NCBI GenBank assembly: GCA_003216575.1
Contig: QCIR01000003.1
Coordinates: 7,623-71,622, forward strand
Length of the DNA: 64,000 bases
Reading direction: 5' to 3'
Source: Prochlorococcus sp. AG-402-M23
GTDB lineage: Bacteria; Cyanobacteriota; Cyanobacteriia; PCC-6307; Cyanobiaceae
Shown: piece by piece, positions 51,544 through 62,751 of the stretch
Layout of the letters: the number at the start of each line of letters is the position of its first letter
Numbering within the stretch: the stretch's first letter is position 1
Program-made: the position numbers and the translations under genes
Notes under the pieces: generated by a model
What the model saw: the letters and a program-made list of their open reading frames with translations, nothing else
The model's database searches: none
What the model was told of the DNA's origin: nothing

Positions 51544-53097
51544 TTGATTTTGAATTGGCCTCAATCTGATTCGGAACATTTGATGGTTTCTTCAGAGCAG
51601 ATGCAAAACATAGAAAAAGAAATGTTTTCTATGGGAATGCCTGTTGAAGCTCTTATGGAAAAAGTTGGAATTGGTATCTCTTCATGGATATTAGACAGAC
51701 AAGGATTGATTGAAAATGGTGCAATTGTTTTAGTAGGCCCAGGACACAACGGAGGCGATGGACTCGTTGTCGCAAGAGAACTTTATATGGCAGGTGTTGA
51801 AATCTCAATTTGGTGCCCGTTCCCATTGAAAAAAGAATTAACACAAAAACATTTCGATTATGCAATGCATATTGGGATTGAAAACCTGGAATATAAACCC
51901 GATTCGAACTCTGATTTATTATGGATTGAGGCCTTGTTTGGCTTAGGTCAATCAAGAATTATTTCTGATGAAATATTTCACTTATTGAATTCGAAGAAGA
52001 AATTTAGTCCTGATAAATTAATTAGTATCGATGTCCCAGCAGGATTGGACTCAGATAATGGAAATACAATATCAAATACATCATGCATAGCCTCCTCTAC
52101 ATTATCTTTGGGGCTATTTAAGTCTGGCTTGATTCAAGATTCAGCTATTGATTCTGTGGGAGATTTAGAGAGAGTTGATATTGGAATCCCAGATAAGATT
52201 TTGGCTGATCTTCCTGAAACCCAGCCTCTAAGGATTTCTTTTTCAGATTTATCAACTTTTGATTGGCCTCAACCTAGGAAAAATAAAAGCAAATACCAAA
52301 GAGGAAGAGTTCTGGTGGTTGCGGGAAGTGATAAATATAGAGGAGCGGCATCTCTTGCATTGAGTGGCGCTCTAGCAAGTGGAGTAGGTAGTGTTAGTGC
52401 CTTTTTACCTAAATCAGTTTCAGACTCTCTTTGGAGCACCCATCCTGAAATCTTATTGGGAGGTGATTTAGATACTTTCCCTGATGGGTCTTCAGATTTT
52501 TCTAGAGCTTTAAGCGAAGTTGATTTGAATAGGTTTGATTCGATTTTGCTTGGACCAGGATTAGGAATACCTATAGAAAAGGTTTGTTTTGCAGCTGAGC
52601 TGCAGGATTTCAAAGGCTTACTTGTTCTTGATGCTGATGCAATAAATCGTCTGTCGTTAACTTCTAAAGGTTGGGATTGGCTTAACGATAGGAATGGTCC
52701 TACCTGGCTTACCCCCCATATGGAAGAGTTTAAGAGACTTTTCCCCTCGATTGATTTTTCAAATACATTGAAAGCTGGAACTGAGGCCGCAAAAATTTGT
52801 GGTTCTTCAATTCTTTTGAAATGTGCTCATAGTGTTATTTCTGACCCTGGAGGGAGAATCTGGCAAATAGGACAAGCAAATTCAAGTGTGGCAAGAACTG
52901 GCTTTGGCGATGTTTTAGCAGGGTTCGTATCAGGTATTGGTGCTTCCGGATTCGCCTGTAATCAAAAATTTGATACTGATTTGTTGGCTGCATCGGCTTT
53001 GATGCATGCATATTCAGGTGCCTTCTGCTCTGAAGGAAGTACAGCGAGCACTATTTGCTCTTTTCTTGGTGAATTAATAAAAAAAAATAGCTCTTGA
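51544..53097 (+). CDS. nnr: Bifunctional NAD(P)H-hydrate epimerase/dehydratase
   Basis: YjeF_N motifs GPGHNGGDG and DVPAG; dehydratase motifs GPGLG, LDADA, TPH, GDVLAG. Confidence 0.92.
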   Translation: MILNWPQSDSEHLMVSSEQMQNIEKEMFSMGMPVEALMEKVGIGISSWILDRQGLIENGAIVLVGPGHNGGDGLVVARELYMAGVEISIWCPFPLKKELTQKHFDYAMHIGIENLEYKPDSNSDLLWIEALFGLGQSRIISDEIFHLLNSKKKFSPDKLISIDVPAGLDSDNGNTISNTSCIASSTLSLGLFKSGLIQDSAIDSVGDLERVDIGIPDKILADLPETQPLRISFSDLSTFDWPQPRKNKSKYQRGRVLVVAGSDKYRGAASLALSGALASGVGSVSAFLPKSVSDSLWSTHPEILLGGDLDTFPDGSSDFSRALSEVDLNRFDSILLGPGLGIPIEKVCFAAELQDFKGLLVLDADAINRLSLTSKGWDWLNDRNGPTWLTPHMEEFKRLFPSIDFSNTLKAGTEAAKICGSSILLKCAHSVISDPGGRIWQIGQANSSVARTGFGDVLAGFVSGIGASGFACNQKFDTDLLAASALMHAYSGAFCSEGSTASTICSFLGELIKKNSS

Positions 53098-53255
53098 AAT
53101 GTTTTGAAACAAACATTTAGAGGGCTGTAAAAGGCCTATTTGGTGTCATTTGTTAACTAATCGTCAAGAGAATCTGAAGCCTTCTTGAAACCTTGGCCTG
53201 TTTTGCAATTTCTGTAGGAAAGTTTTAACACTTTGAAGTACGGGGTCAAGAAACA

Positions 53256-54197
53256 ATGGTTTCAACTGCACCCAAACCTGCTGAATCTCAAAAACGACGC
53301 AGCAGTGATCCAATTAGTTGGTACCTTTCTTCGATTGGAAGGGTCCCTCTTTTAACACCAGCTGAGGAAATTGAACTTGGAAATCAGGTTCAAACTCTGA
53401 TGAGCCTTACGGAAGATGGGCAAATAAAAGAGGAGAATAAAGAATTTAATTCTCATCAGAGAAGATTGATTCGAATTGGAAGAAGAGCAAAGGAAAGAAT
53501 GATGAAAGCAAATCTTCGTTTAGTAGTAAGTGTCGCAAAAAAATATCAAGGTAAAGGTCTTGAACTACTTGATTTGGTTCAGGAAGGTTCTCTTGGCTTA
53601 GAAAGAGCTGTAGAGAAATTTGATCCGACTCGTGGTTATAAGTTCTCTACTTATGCCTTTTGGTGGATTAGGCAAAGCATGACTAGGGCCATTGCCTGTC
53701 AGTCAAGAACAATTCGATTACCTGTTCATTTAAGTGAAAGATTAGCGACTATTAGAAAAGTTAGCTTGGATTTAGCCCATAAGCTTGGAGCAATGCCTAG
53801 TCGTCTTGAAATAGCTGAAGCAATGGAAATTGAGGTAGAAGAACTTGATTCGATTTTGAGACAAGCTCTTACTACAAGTAGTCTCGATGCTCCAGTGAAT
53901 GGAGATGAAGGCCGTAGCTTCTTAGGGGATTTAATAGCTGATGGTTCTGGAGAGGAGCCATTGGATAAAGTTGAACAAAAAATTCACCAAGAACAACTTG
54001 GAAGGTGGCTAAGTCACTTAAGCGAACAAGAACAGCATGTTATTAGGCTTAGATTTGGATTAGAAGGCAATGAGAGACATACCCTTGCAGAAATAGGAAG
54101 ACTGTTACAAGTTTCACGTGAGAGAGTTAGACAAGTCGAACTGAAAGCTTTAAGGAAATTGAGAAATCTCACCAGAAAACTTCCAAGCGGAATTTGA
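53256..54197 (+). CDS. RpoD-family (group 2) sigma factor
   Basis: Region 1.2 YLSSIGRVPLL, ANLRLVVSVAKKY, KFSTYAFWWIRQ, region 4 SRERVRQ; no region 1.1. Confidence 0.93.
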   Translation: MVSTAPKPAESQKRRSSDPISWYLSSIGRVPLLTPAEEIELGNQVQTLMSLTEDGQIKEENKEFNSHQRRLIRIGRRAKERMMKANLRLVVSVAKKYQGKGLELLDLVQEGSLGLERAVEKFDPTRGYKFSTYAFWWIRQSMTRAIACQSRTIRLPVHLSERLATIRKVSLDLAHKLGAMPSRLEIAEAMEIEVEELDSILRQALTTSSLDAPVNGDEGRSFLGDLIADGSGEEPLDKVEQKIHQEQLGRWLSHLSEQEQHVIRLRFGLEGNERHTLAEIGRLLQVSRERVRQVELKALRKLRNLTRKLPSGI

Positions 54198-54210
54198 AAA
54201 TTGATTAAAT

Positions 54211-55305
54211 TTAGTTTTCTGCCCAGATATATTTAGTTAATTCATTTGGGTCAGGCTCTGGGGCGTTCAGAGCAAATTCAACAGCATCATTGACTTCTAG
54301 ATCAATTTCTTTTTCAATATTTTTTAATTCTTCATCTGAGACTAATCCAGAATTTGTAAGATCATTTTTTAGTTTTTTGATGGGATCTCTTTTTGCCCAA
54401 AATTCCTTTTCTTTCTCTGACCTAAGCTCATCCGGATCAGCCAGTGAGTGCCCCCTGAATCGATAAGTAAGACATTCTATTAAAGATGGGCCTTCTCCAG
54501 CTCTTGCTCTCTCTAGAGCTCTCTGAGTAGCACCTCTTACTGCTAATACATCCATTCCATCGATCTCTTCTCCTGGCATGCCAAATGCTGAAGCTTTTCT
54601 CCATATTTCTGTCTCACTAGTTGCTCTGTCGTGGGCCATTCCAATGGCCCATTTGTTGTTTTCTACTACGAATATGATTGGCAACTTCCACAACTGGGCC
54701 ATATTTAAACATTCATAGAATTGTCCAATATTGCAAGTACCATCTCCAAAAAAGGCTGCAGTTACAGAATCACTTTTTTCTTTTAGTGCCTCCCTTTTGT
54801 ATTTGCTGCTAAAAGCAGCGCCAAGTGCTACTGGAATACCCTCACCAATAAACGCATAACCTCCTAGTAGATGATGCTCTTTTGAGAATAGATGCATAGA
54901 TCCACCTCTACCTTTACTGCAGCCTGTCTCTTTGCCAAATAGCTCGCTCATAACCTCCCTTGCAGGAACTCCAGCACTTAGAGCATGAACATGATCTCTG
55001 TAGGTGCTACAAAACCAGTCATGTTTGCGTTGCATCGCCCCAATAACACCTGTGCTTATTGCTTCCTGTCCGTTGTATAGATGTACAAACCCAAACATTT
55101 TCCCTCTGTAATACATTTCGGCGCATTTATCTTCAAATCTTCTTCCCAAAGTCATATCTTTGAAAAGATTTAAACCAATTTCTCTATTGATTTCTGCTGG
55201 TTTAATTTTCCCAAGACTGCTTAGTCTATCGCCGTGTTCCCTTTGCTGAATAGGGTCTTGGCTTGTTTGGTCTGGGTTGGGAGACATGACTTTGTTCATA
55301 TTCAC
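54211..55305 (-). CDS. pdhA: Pyruvate dehydrogenase E1 alpha subunit
   Basis: [34 protein letters not shown]. Confidence 0.96.
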   Translation of the reverse strand: MNMNKVMSPNPDQTSQDPIQQREHGDRLSSLGKIKPAEINREIGLNLFKDMTLGRRFEDKCAEMYYRGKMFGFVHLYNGQEAISTGVIGAMQRKHDWFCSTYRDHVHALSAGVPAREVMSELFGKETGCSKGRGGSMHLFSKEHHLLGGYAFIGEGIPVALGAAFSSKYKREALKEKSDSVTAAFFGDGTCNIGQFYECLNMAQLWKLPIIFVVENNKWAIGMAHDRATSETEIWRKASAFGMPGEEIDGMDVLAVRGATQRALERARAGEGPSLIECLTYRFRGHSLADPDELRSEKEKEFWAKRDPIKKLKNDLTNSGLVSDEELKNIEKEIDLEVNDAVEFALNAPEPDPNELTKYIWAEN

Positions 55306-55400
55306 TTGTCAATCCTTTTTAGACTTTAAGCGTCAATGGATGCAAAATGGTTAAAAGCCCTTACGATGCCTAGAGCTTTTTTCTGATTACCTAGTAGCGA

Positions 55401-57455
55401 TTGGAATTACCTATTGATCATTTTCGCTTATTGGGGGTTAGCCCTTCCGCAAATGCTGAAGAAGTCCTTAGGGCTTTTCAGTTAAGGCTAGATCGTCCTC
55501 CAAAGCAAGGATTTACTTATGAAGTTTTAGCTCAGAGATCTGAGTTGTTAAGGCTTTCAGCTGATCTTCTCTCTAATCCTACAGAGCGACAATCTTACGA
55601 ACACGCTCTGATGGAGGGGTCTTCTGGACTTGAGTTGTCATCAAAACGAGAAGTGGCTGGGTTGCTTCTTTTATGGGAATCAAATGCCTCTCTTCAAGCT
55701 TTTAAGCTTGCAAAAAAAGCACTGCAACCTCCCCAAGCTCCTGCTTTGGGTAGTGGAAGAGAGTCTGATTTAACATTAATAGCGGCTTTATCTTGCCGAG
55801 ACGCTTCTATTGATGAGCAGGCTCGCAGAAGGTATGCCTCAGGCGCTGAGTTGCTTCAGGAAGGGATACAATTATTGCAAAGAATGGGCAAACTTATTGA
55901 AGAAAGAAAAACTCTTGAATCTGATTTAGAAACTTTACTTCCATACAGAATTCTTGATTTGTTAAGTAGAGATAAAGAGAATGAAATATCTCATCAGGAA
56001 GGTATGAGGTTGTTGGAAGATTTTATTAATAAAAGGGGTGGGCTAGAAGGAAAAAGAAATTCAGAAAAAATAGGAGGATTAAATCAAACTGATTTTGAGT
56101 TATTTTTTCTTCAGATTAGAAAATTTTTAACTGCAAAAGAACAAGCGAAACTTTATGTAAATTGGTACAAGAGGGGTTCTGAAGATGCAGGATTCCTTGC
56201 TGCATTGGCCCTTATCGCCTCTGGGTTCACTTACAAAAAACCAGAACTTTTACAAGACGCTCGAAAGTATCTACGAAATATCAATATTAATGGATTTGAT
56301 CCTATGCCATTAATAGGTTGCTTAGACCTTTTATTAGGGGATATCAGTCAAGCAGAATCTCGTTTTAGAAGTAGTTCAGATGAGAAATTAAAAGATTGGT
56401 TAGATAATTATCCTGGTGAAACATTAGGAGCTCTTTGTGACTATTGTCGAAATTGGTTAAAAAAAGACGTTTTAGTAGGTTTTAGTGATGTAGAAGCACA
56501 AATTGTAAATCTTGATGAGTGGTTCTCGCATAAAGAGGTCCAAGATTTTGTAGAGCATTTGGAATCTAAGGGCGCATTAGGTATCGCAAAGGCAGGGTTT
56601 TCATTCTTATCTTCTTTGGGACCAGAGCAAGAAATAGAAAATTCTACTTATAAAGAAACAGAACTAGAAGCAGATTTACCAATGCCGGGAGGGACCTTAG
56701 GCGAAAGTTTGAAAGAAAAATCTTTTAATTCAAAATTGAATATTAGGGAAGCTTTAATAACATCTGATGTAATTAAAAAGTTAATTTCAAAATATTATTC
56801 AGCATTTGAATCTATAAAAAACTCAGATTTGAAATCTTTTGCGTTAAAAAGACCAATTTATACAAGTGTGATAGCTTTTATTGGATTATTTGTTCTTGGA
56901 ACAAGTTTAGGAATAATTATACAGAGAAAACCATCTTACAAAACTAGTCTGAATAATTCTTCTAGCGCTGAAGTCGTTCAACCAGAAAGTATTAAAACTA
57001 AAGATGACAGATCAATTAAATTATATAATAATGATGAATCATTAGGTCTGAATAAATTAAAATCCCTTAGCTCTGTTTCACCATCAGAACAAGAAATTAA
57101 TTTTCTTATTCAATTGTGGTTAAAAGGTAAAGCTGATATCCTAAATGGATTAGAAACCGATATTCTTACTTATGTTGCAAGACCTTCTTTATATAATAGA
57201 GTTATTGAACAAAGAAAGAAAGATAATTTATTAGGGCAAAGACAAATTATTGATGCGAATATTACCGCGATAAATATTGTACAAAGGTCAGACAATAGAA
57301 TCGCTGCAGATGTTGAATTAAACTATGAAGATAAATTGATTAGTTCTTCGGGTGAAATTTTATCGGAAACTGTTATACCTTCATTGAAAGTTAAGTATAT
57401 AATAGGCAAAAATAAAAAGAATTGGCTAATTGTTGATTATATTAGCGGTAATTAA
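55401..57455 (+). CDS. ftn2: Ftn2/ZipN (ARC6-like) cell division protein
   Basis: MELPIDHFRLLGV degenerate J-domain, TM helix near residue 500, C-terminal ARC6/IMS-like region (W..GK, VKY). Confidence 0.85.
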   Translation: MELPIDHFRLLGVSPSANAEEVLRAFQLRLDRPPKQGFTYEVLAQRSELLRLSADLLSNPTERQSYEHALMEGSSGLELSSKREVAGLLLLWESNASLQAFKLAKKALQPPQAPALGSGRESDLTLIAALSCRDASIDEQARRRYASGAELLQEGIQLLQRMGKLIEERKTLESDLETLLPYRILDLLSRDKENEISHQEGMRLLEDFINKRGGLEGKRNSEKIGGLNQTDFELFFLQIRKFLTAKEQAKLYVNWYKRGSEDAGFLAALALIASGFTYKKPELLQDARKYLRNININGFDPMPLIGCLDLLLGDISQAESRFRSSSDEKLKDWLDNYPGETLGALCDYCRNWLKKDVLVGFSDVEAQIVNLDEWFSHKEVQDFVEHLESKGALGIAKAGFSFLSSLGPEQEIENSTYKETELEADLPMPGGTLGESLKEKSFNSKLNIREALITSDVIKKLISKYYSAFESIKNSDLKSFALKRPIYTSVIAFIGLFVLGTSLGIIIQRKPSYKTSLNNSSSAEVVQPESIKTKDDRSIKLYNNDESLGLNKLKSLSSVSPSEQEINFLIQLWLKGKADILNGLETDILTYVARPSLYNRVIEQRKKDNLLGQRQIIDANITAINIVQRSDNRIAADVELNYEDKLISSSGEILSETVIPSLKVKYIIGKNKKNWLIVDYISGN

Positions 57456-57491
57456 AAATAATTTTTAAAATTAATTTTGGGATTCTAAAAA

Positions 57492-58955
57492 ATGTTTGAG
57501 GAACTAACTAATCAATTTGAAGATGCTGTAAAGGCATTTAAAGGTGAAGCGAAAATTTCAGAGGAGAATGTCGACGAAGCACTTAAACAGGTACGTAGAG
57601 CTCTTTTAGAAGCAGATGTTAGTTTGAGTGTAGTAAAAGAATTTATCGAAGAAGTAAGAGTCAAGGCTATTGGTACTGAGGTCGTAAGAGGTATAAACCC
57701 TGGTCAGAAATTTATTCAAGTTGTTCATGAGCAACTTGTGAATGTCATGGGTGGTGAAAATGATCCCTTGGCAAATAAAGAGGGAAAGCCAACCGTGATT
57801 TTGATGGCTGGACTGCAGGGAGCGGGAAAAACTACAGCAACGGCAAAACTTGGTTTACTTCTCAAAGAAAAAAGTCAAAAGCCATTACTGATCGCCGCCG
57901 ACACATACAGACCAGCAGCTATTGATCAGTTAGTTACTTTGGGAAATCAAATTGATGTTGAGGTTTTCAATTTAAGTCCCAATTTAAAACCGGAGGAGAT
58001 TGCGAGACGAGGTTTAGAGAAAGCAAGAGAAGAAGGATTCGACACTGTTCTTGTAGATACCGCTGGCCGACTTCAAATAGATAAAGAAATGATGGGCGAG
58101 ATGGTTCGCATAAAAGAGGCAGTTCAACCTGATGAAGTCTTATTGGTAGTTGATTCAATGATTGGCCAAGAGGCGGCTGATATTACGAGAAGCTTTCATG
58201 AAAAAGTAGGAATAACAGGAGCTGTCCTTACAAAACTTGACGGAGATTCGAGAGGTGGTGCTGCTCTTTCCATTAGAAAAATCAGTGGCAAACCAATCAA
58301 ATTTATAGGTACTGGTGAAAAAGTTGAGGCATTGCAACCTTTTTATCCAGAGAGGATGGCAAGCAGAATTTTGGGGATGGGCGATGTCTTAACTCTTGTG
58401 GAAAAGGCTCAGAAGGAAGTTGAAATTGCTGATGCAGAAATTATGCAAAAGAAGCTTCAAGAAGCAACTTTTGATTTTTCAGATTTCGTGAAGCAAATGA
58501 GGATGATAAAGCGAATGGGTTCTTTAGGTGGATTGCTAAAAATGATTCCTGGAATGAATAAAATTGATGATGGAATGATTAAAAGTGGTGAAGATCAACT
58601 GAAAAAAATTGAAGCAATGATTGGCTCAATGACAGTTAATGAGAGAATTAAGCCTGAATTATTGGCGGCGCAACCATCAAGGCGACGAAGAGTTGCATGT
58701 GGAAGCGGGCACCAACCTGCAGATGTTGATAAGGTCCTTGCAGATTTTCAGAGAATGAGAGGTTTAATGAAGCAGATGTCTACTGGAGGAGGTCTCCCTG
58801 GCATGGAAGGAGGACTTCCTGGTATGGGTGGCATGCCTGGCATGCCACCATCAGGCGTTAATCCGTATCAGTCAAGAAAAGGAAGAGGAGCTCCAGGTTC
58901 TGCTCCACGAAGACAGCGTCCAGTTAAGAAAAAGAAAGGTTTTGGTGATCTTTAG
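57492..58955 (+). CDS. ffh: Signal recognition particle protein
   Basis: ALLEADV, GLQGAGKTT, DTAGR, TKLDGDSRGG, Met-rich M domain. Confidence 0.98.
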   Translation: MFEELTNQFEDAVKAFKGEAKISEENVDEALKQVRRALLEADVSLSVVKEFIEEVRVKAIGTEVVRGINPGQKFIQVVHEQLVNVMGGENDPLANKEGKPTVILMAGLQGAGKTTATAKLGLLLKEKSQKPLLIAADTYRPAAIDQLVTLGNQIDVEVFNLSPNLKPEEIARRGLEKAREEGFDTVLVDTAGRLQIDKEMMGEMVRIKEAVQPDEVLLVVDSMIGQEAADITRSFHEKVGITGAVLTKLDGDSRGGAALSIRKISGKPIKFIGTGEKVEALQPFYPERMASRILGMGDVLTLVEKAQKEVEIADAEIMQKKLQEATFDFSDFVKQMRMIKRMGSLGGLLKMIPGMNKIDDGMIKSGEDQLKKIEAMIGSMTVNERIKPELLAAQPSRRRRVACGSGHQPADVDKVLADFQRMRGLMKQMSTGGGLPGMEGGLPGMGGMPGMPPSGVNPYQSRKGRGAPGSAPRRQRPVKKKKGFGDL

Positions 58956-59042
58956 AGATGATAAAAGGCGAAATTAAACATCTGTGGAGTATCATTTATA
59001 TGAAGAACCTTAGAGTTCAATCCACTTACAAATAAATCGAAG

Positions 59043-59372
59043 ATGATCAAGCTCCGCCTAAAGCGGTTTGGTAAAAAGCGTGAAGCCAGTTTTCGTCTAG
59101 TTGCCTGTAATAGCACCTCAAGGCGAGATGGTCGCCCTCTGCAGGAATTAGGCTTCTACAATCCAAGAACCAAAGAAACTAGATTAGATACTGAGGCCTT
59201 GAGAATTCGACTTGGACAAGGTGCTCAGCCTACAGATGCCGTAAGAACTTTATTAGAGAAGGGAGGAATTCTTGAAAAGAAAGTTCGACCTGCTGAAGTT
59301 GTAGGTAAGCTAAAACAAGAAAAAGAAAGATCTAAGAAAAAAGATGCAGCTAAATCAGAAACTTCTGAATAA
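59043..59372 (+). CDS. rpsP: 30S ribosomal protein S16
   Basis: [28 protein letters not shown]. Confidence 0.97.
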   Translation: MIKLRLKRFGKKREASFRLVACNSTSRRDGRPLQELGFYNPRTKETRLDTEALRIRLGQGAQPTDAVRTLLEKGGILEKKVRPAEVVGKLKQEKERSKKKDAAKSETSE

Positions 59373-59409
59373 GAAGTTTTGATGAATATCAATAATTTCA
59401 AGAAAATTT

Positions 59410-60387
59410 ATGTCTGAAGCAACCACTGAAGGTCGCTTTTGTATAGATCTGCCTGATTCGGATGCTGCTACAGCTTTGGCAGGAGCAGGTCAATCAACAC
59501 TTAATAGATTGGAAACTCTTACAGGAGCATCTTTTTCTTTAAGGGGATTGCAACTCGAAATTAAAGGAAATTCATTTCAATTAGAAAGAGCTGCAGCAAT
59601 TGTTGAATTAGTTAGACCTATTTGGGAAGAAGGACAAATTGTTTCAGCCGTTGATCTTCATGCAGCAGTAGGGGCATTGGATAATGGAAAAAGAAATGAT
59701 TATGTGAAATCAACAAATAAAGTTTTAGCAAGAAGTCAAAGGGGAAATCTTTTAAGACCCAGAACAATTAGACAAAAAAATTATGTAGAAGCAATGGAAA
59801 AAAGTGATCTCACATTTGCCCTTGGTCCAGCAGGAACAGGTAAGACATTCTTAGCAACTTTATTTGCTGTAAGAATGCTTACAGAGAGAAAAATTGAGAA
59901 AATTATTTTAACAAGACCAGCTGTTGAAGCTGGCGAAAGATTGGGTTTTTTACCAGGAGATATGCAGCAAAAGGTTGATCCTTATTTAAGACCTCTATAT
60001 GACGCTCTCCATTCTTTACTTGGACAAGAAAAAACTAATTTACTTATAGAAAAAAACGTTATTGAAGTCGCTCCTTTGGCATATATGAGAGGAAGGACTC
60101 TAGAAGAATCTTTTGTAATACTTGATGAAGCGCAAAATACGACTCCAGCACAAATGAGAATGGTTCTTACCAGGCTTGGGGAAAGATCAAGAATGGTAGT
60201 AACTGGAGATGTAACCCAAGTAGACCTACCATTCGGTCAAATGAGTGGACTTATTGAAGCAGCGGATTTACTCGAAAAGGTTGATGGGATTTCAGTTTGC
60301 AGACTTACCTCAGCAGATGTAGTAAGACATCCACTCGTTCAAAGCGTGGTTGATGCTTATGCAGAACTAGATAAAAAAAGACGATAG
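59410..60387 (+). CDS. phoH: PhoH/YbeZ-family ATPase
   Basis: GPAGTGKT, TRPAVEAGERLGFLPGD, MRGRT, DEAQN, VVRHPLV. Confidence 0.93.
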   Translation: MSEATTEGRFCIDLPDSDAATALAGAGQSTLNRLETLTGASFSLRGLQLEIKGNSFQLERAAAIVELVRPIWEEGQIVSAVDLHAAVGALDNGKRNDYVKSTNKVLARSQRGNLLRPRTIRQKNYVEAMEKSDLTFALGPAGTGKTFLATLFAVRMLTERKIEKIILTRPAVEAGERLGFLPGDMQQKVDPYLRPLYDALHSLLGQEKTNLLIEKNVIEVAPLAYMRGRTLEESFVILDEAQNTTPAQMRMVLTRLGERSRMVVTGDVTQVDLPFGQMSGLIEAADLLEKVDGISVCRLTSADVVRHPLVQSVVDAYAELDKKRR

Positions 60388-60459
60388 GGTGATCCGCATT
60401 CACATTCATGAAGACTGATTTTTTTTGTGTCAAAATAGGTAATAATTATCTGGTGCGTT

Positions 60460-61197
60460 ATGCCAGCAAACAGCAATTTTCAACAAGCTATTCGTGAAGC
60501 ACAATCAAGTGCACTAATCGGCCCAAATGTAGTTAATAAAGCTTTGCCTTATGTAGGCGGAGGTATGGCATTAACCGGATTAGGTGTTTTAGGTGGACTT
60601 TCTTTACAAGCTACTAACAATCCGTTATTTGGTCCTCTATTTATAGTCGCATTTATTGCAGAAATAGTTCTATTTTTCATGGCAAGCAGCGCTGCCAACA
60701 ATGCAAACAATTCTAAAGCTCTTCCACTATTGACTGGATTCAGCTTATTAACTGGTTTCACGCTAAGTGGGATTGTCGGGTTGGCAATTCAAGTTGCAGG
60801 AATGGGAGCGATAGGAACAGCTGTATTCGCTACTGGAATCACTTTCGTGATTGCATCTTCAGTAGGCCGAAAAATGAGTGATAACGTCGGTCAAGCTTTG
60901 CAAGGTGCAGTTGGTCTTGGATTGCTTGGTCTTATTATTGCAATGGTTTTCCAGTTTATTGGTGGTTTATTTGCTCCAGGGATGTTTGGAGGCAGTGGCT
61001 TTGAATTAATGATTGCTGGCTTTGGAACTGTACTTTTTGTTGCGATGTCTTTTGTAGATTTCTATACAATGCCAAGAAGATATAACGATGAACAATATTT
61101 AGCTGGAGCATTAGGAATGTACCTAACCTATATAAATTTATTTGTTTTTGTTCTTCGTCTCATTATTGCTCTTCAGGGTGGTGGCAGAAGAGATTGA
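60460..61197 (+). CDS. Bax inhibitor-1/YccA family membrane protein
   Basis: About 7 hydrophobic helices; ALGMYLTYINLF. Confidence 0.88.
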   Translation: MPANSNFQQAIREAQSSALIGPNVVNKALPYVGGGMALTGLGVLGGLSLQATNNPLFGPLFIVAFIAEIVLFFMASSAANNANNSKALPLLTGFSLLTGFTLSGIVGLAIQVAGMGAIGTAVFATGITFVIASSVGRKMSDNVGQALQGAVGLGLLGLIIAMVFQFIGGLFAPGMFGGSGFELMIAGFGTVLFVAMSFVDFYTMPRRYNDEQYLAGALGMYLTYINLFVFVLRLIIALQGGGRRD

Positions 61198-61210
61198 GAC
61201 TAATAAATCA

Positions 61211-61248
61211 AACATAAAAAAAGAGCCGAAAGGCTCTTTTTTTATGTT
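61211..61248. terminator. Bidirectional Rho-independent terminator
   Basis: Perfect 17-bp inverted repeat AACATAAAAAAAGAGCC-gaaa-GGCTCTTTTTTTATGTT between convergent genes. Confidence 0.92.
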
Positions 61249-61754
61249 GCAACTTCATAAATACTTTTTGATATTGCCTTGATTTGTTCATCGTTATAAC
61301 CCCATTTATTTAGAAACTTCAAGTCCGTTCCACTCCCTTTTGTTGCTTCAAGTAAAACATCTAAACGTTTTTTTACCTGATTTGAATCTAATAGTTTAAG
61401 TAATTCAATACAGCGAGTTTTTATTCTCTTTGATTGGATTTCATGTGGATCTTTATTATTTCGATGTGCAATTATCATTGCTGAACTCATAGCAAGATTC
61501 TTCACGGTTAAGTCAACAACAATTTCTCCAGAACTTCTTAATTGAAAAATTAATGCATCCGGAAATCTATCCATTAAAGGGCAATCTATTGAGAGACTTA
61601 CAACAAAAAATCCTCTTGCTCCCTCAACAGTTTTAATAAGCTCGCCAATTCGATCAGAAATAACTTCGTCACTTATTTCATCATTTTCCCAGCTTTTGCA
61701 CCAAAGCATTGATGCTTGCATAGCCTCTTTAAAAGTTGGTTTCTTTTTATTCAT
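61242..61754 (-). CDS. Conserved cyanobacterial hypothetical protein
   Basis: 170 aa; GARGFFV, VKNLAMSSAM, FLNKWGY. Confidence 0.8.
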   Translation of the reverse strand: MNKKKPTFKEAMQASMLWCKSWENDEISDEVISDRIGELIKTVEGARGFFVVSLSIDCPLMDRFPDALIFQLRSSGEIVVDLTVKNLAMSSAMIIAHRNNKDPHEIQSKRIKTRCIELLKLLDSNQVKKRLDVLLEATKGSGTDLKFLNKWGYNDEQIKAISKSIYEVAT

Positions 61755-61804
61755 GGTTTTATTGCTCTTTTAGAGTAAGGCTATAAATAATCGTAGAGAA
61801 AAAA

Positions 61805-62746
61805 ATGACTTTAGGAGATTTAAATAAAGAGGATTTTAAGTCAGGATTTATTGCATTAATAGGTAGACCCAATGTTGGTAAATCAACTTTCATAAATAAA
61901 TTTATTGGTGAGAAAATAGCTATTACCTCTCCGATTGCTCAAACTACTAGGAATCGATTAAAAGCAATACTTACGAATGAAAAGTCGCAGATTATTTTTG
62001 TAGATACTCCTGGAATTCATAAACCCCATCATTTATTAGGTGAAAGACTTGTTCAGAATGCCAAAAGATCTATTGGAGAGGTAGATGCAGTTTTGGTTAT
62101 TTTTGAAGCCAATCATGCTCCAGGTAGGGGTGATGCATTTGTTTTGAATTTGATTAGAAATTTACAAATCCCAGTGATTGTTGCCTTGAATAAGTGGGAT
62201 CTTGTTCAGTTGAGTCAATTTAAAGAACGAAAGAAAGAATATTTAGACTTTTTCGAGGGTACAAATTGGCCAGTTTTTTGTTGTAGCGCTCTGACAGGAA
62301 AGGGATGTAATGATTTAATTAATGAAATAGAAGAAAAACTGCCTTTGGGACCTCAGTTATATCCAAGTCATATGACTTGTGACCACCCTGAGAAGTTTTT
62401 GATGGCTGAATTTATCAGAGAACAAGTTTTAATAAATACACGCGAAGAAGTACCACATAGTGTTGCAGTCTCTATTGATAAAATAGAAGATATACCCTCG
62501 AAAAAAAAATCTGAACAGAAATCAAGAATAGGAATTCTTGCAACTATTTGTGTTGAGAAAAAAAGTCAGAAGGGAATTTTAATTGGTAAAGGGGGAAGTA
62601 TGTTGAAGAAAATTGGCCAGGAATCAAGAATGCAAATTCAAACTTTAATTAATGGAAATGTCTATTTAGAATTGTTTGTTAAAGTTGTACCTGACTGGAG
62701 AAGCAAATCTTCTCGACTTAATGAGTTTGGTTATGAAGAGAGCTAA
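61805..62746 (+). CDS. era: GTPase Era
   Basis: [24 protein letters not shown]-domain IGKGG. Confidence 0.97.
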   Translation: MTLGDLNKEDFKSGFIALIGRPNVGKSTFINKFIGEKIAITSPIAQTTRNRLKAILTNEKSQIIFVDTPGIHKPHHLLGERLVQNAKRSIGEVDAVLVIFEANHAPGRGDAFVLNLIRNLQIPVIVALNKWDLVQLSQFKERKKEYLDFFEGTNWPVFCCSALTGKGCNDLINEIEEKLPLGPQLYPSHMTCDHPEKFLMAEFIREQVLINTREEVPHSVAVSIDKIEDIPSKKKSEQKSRIGILATICVEKKSQKGILIGKGGSMLKKIGQESRMQIQTLINGNVYLELFVKVVPDWRSKSSRLNEFGYEES

Positions 62747-62751
62747 TTCAT

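Noticed and set aside
55353-55380. AAAAGC-N16-GCTTTT upstream of ftn2 as a fourth copy of the HU/ftsZ motif
   Set aside because: Only about 11/21 identical to copy 1, and it contains TACGAT, more simply a -10 box; too weak without a PWM scan.
58785-58850. GGLPGM/GGMPGM repeats at the end of ffh
   Set aside because: Ordinary Gly/Met-rich low-complexity tail of Ffh.
59410-60387. phoH as a phage auxiliary gene or phosphate-regulon marker
   Set aside because: It sits in the core ffh-rpsP-phoH context; no phage genes or evident Pho box nearby.
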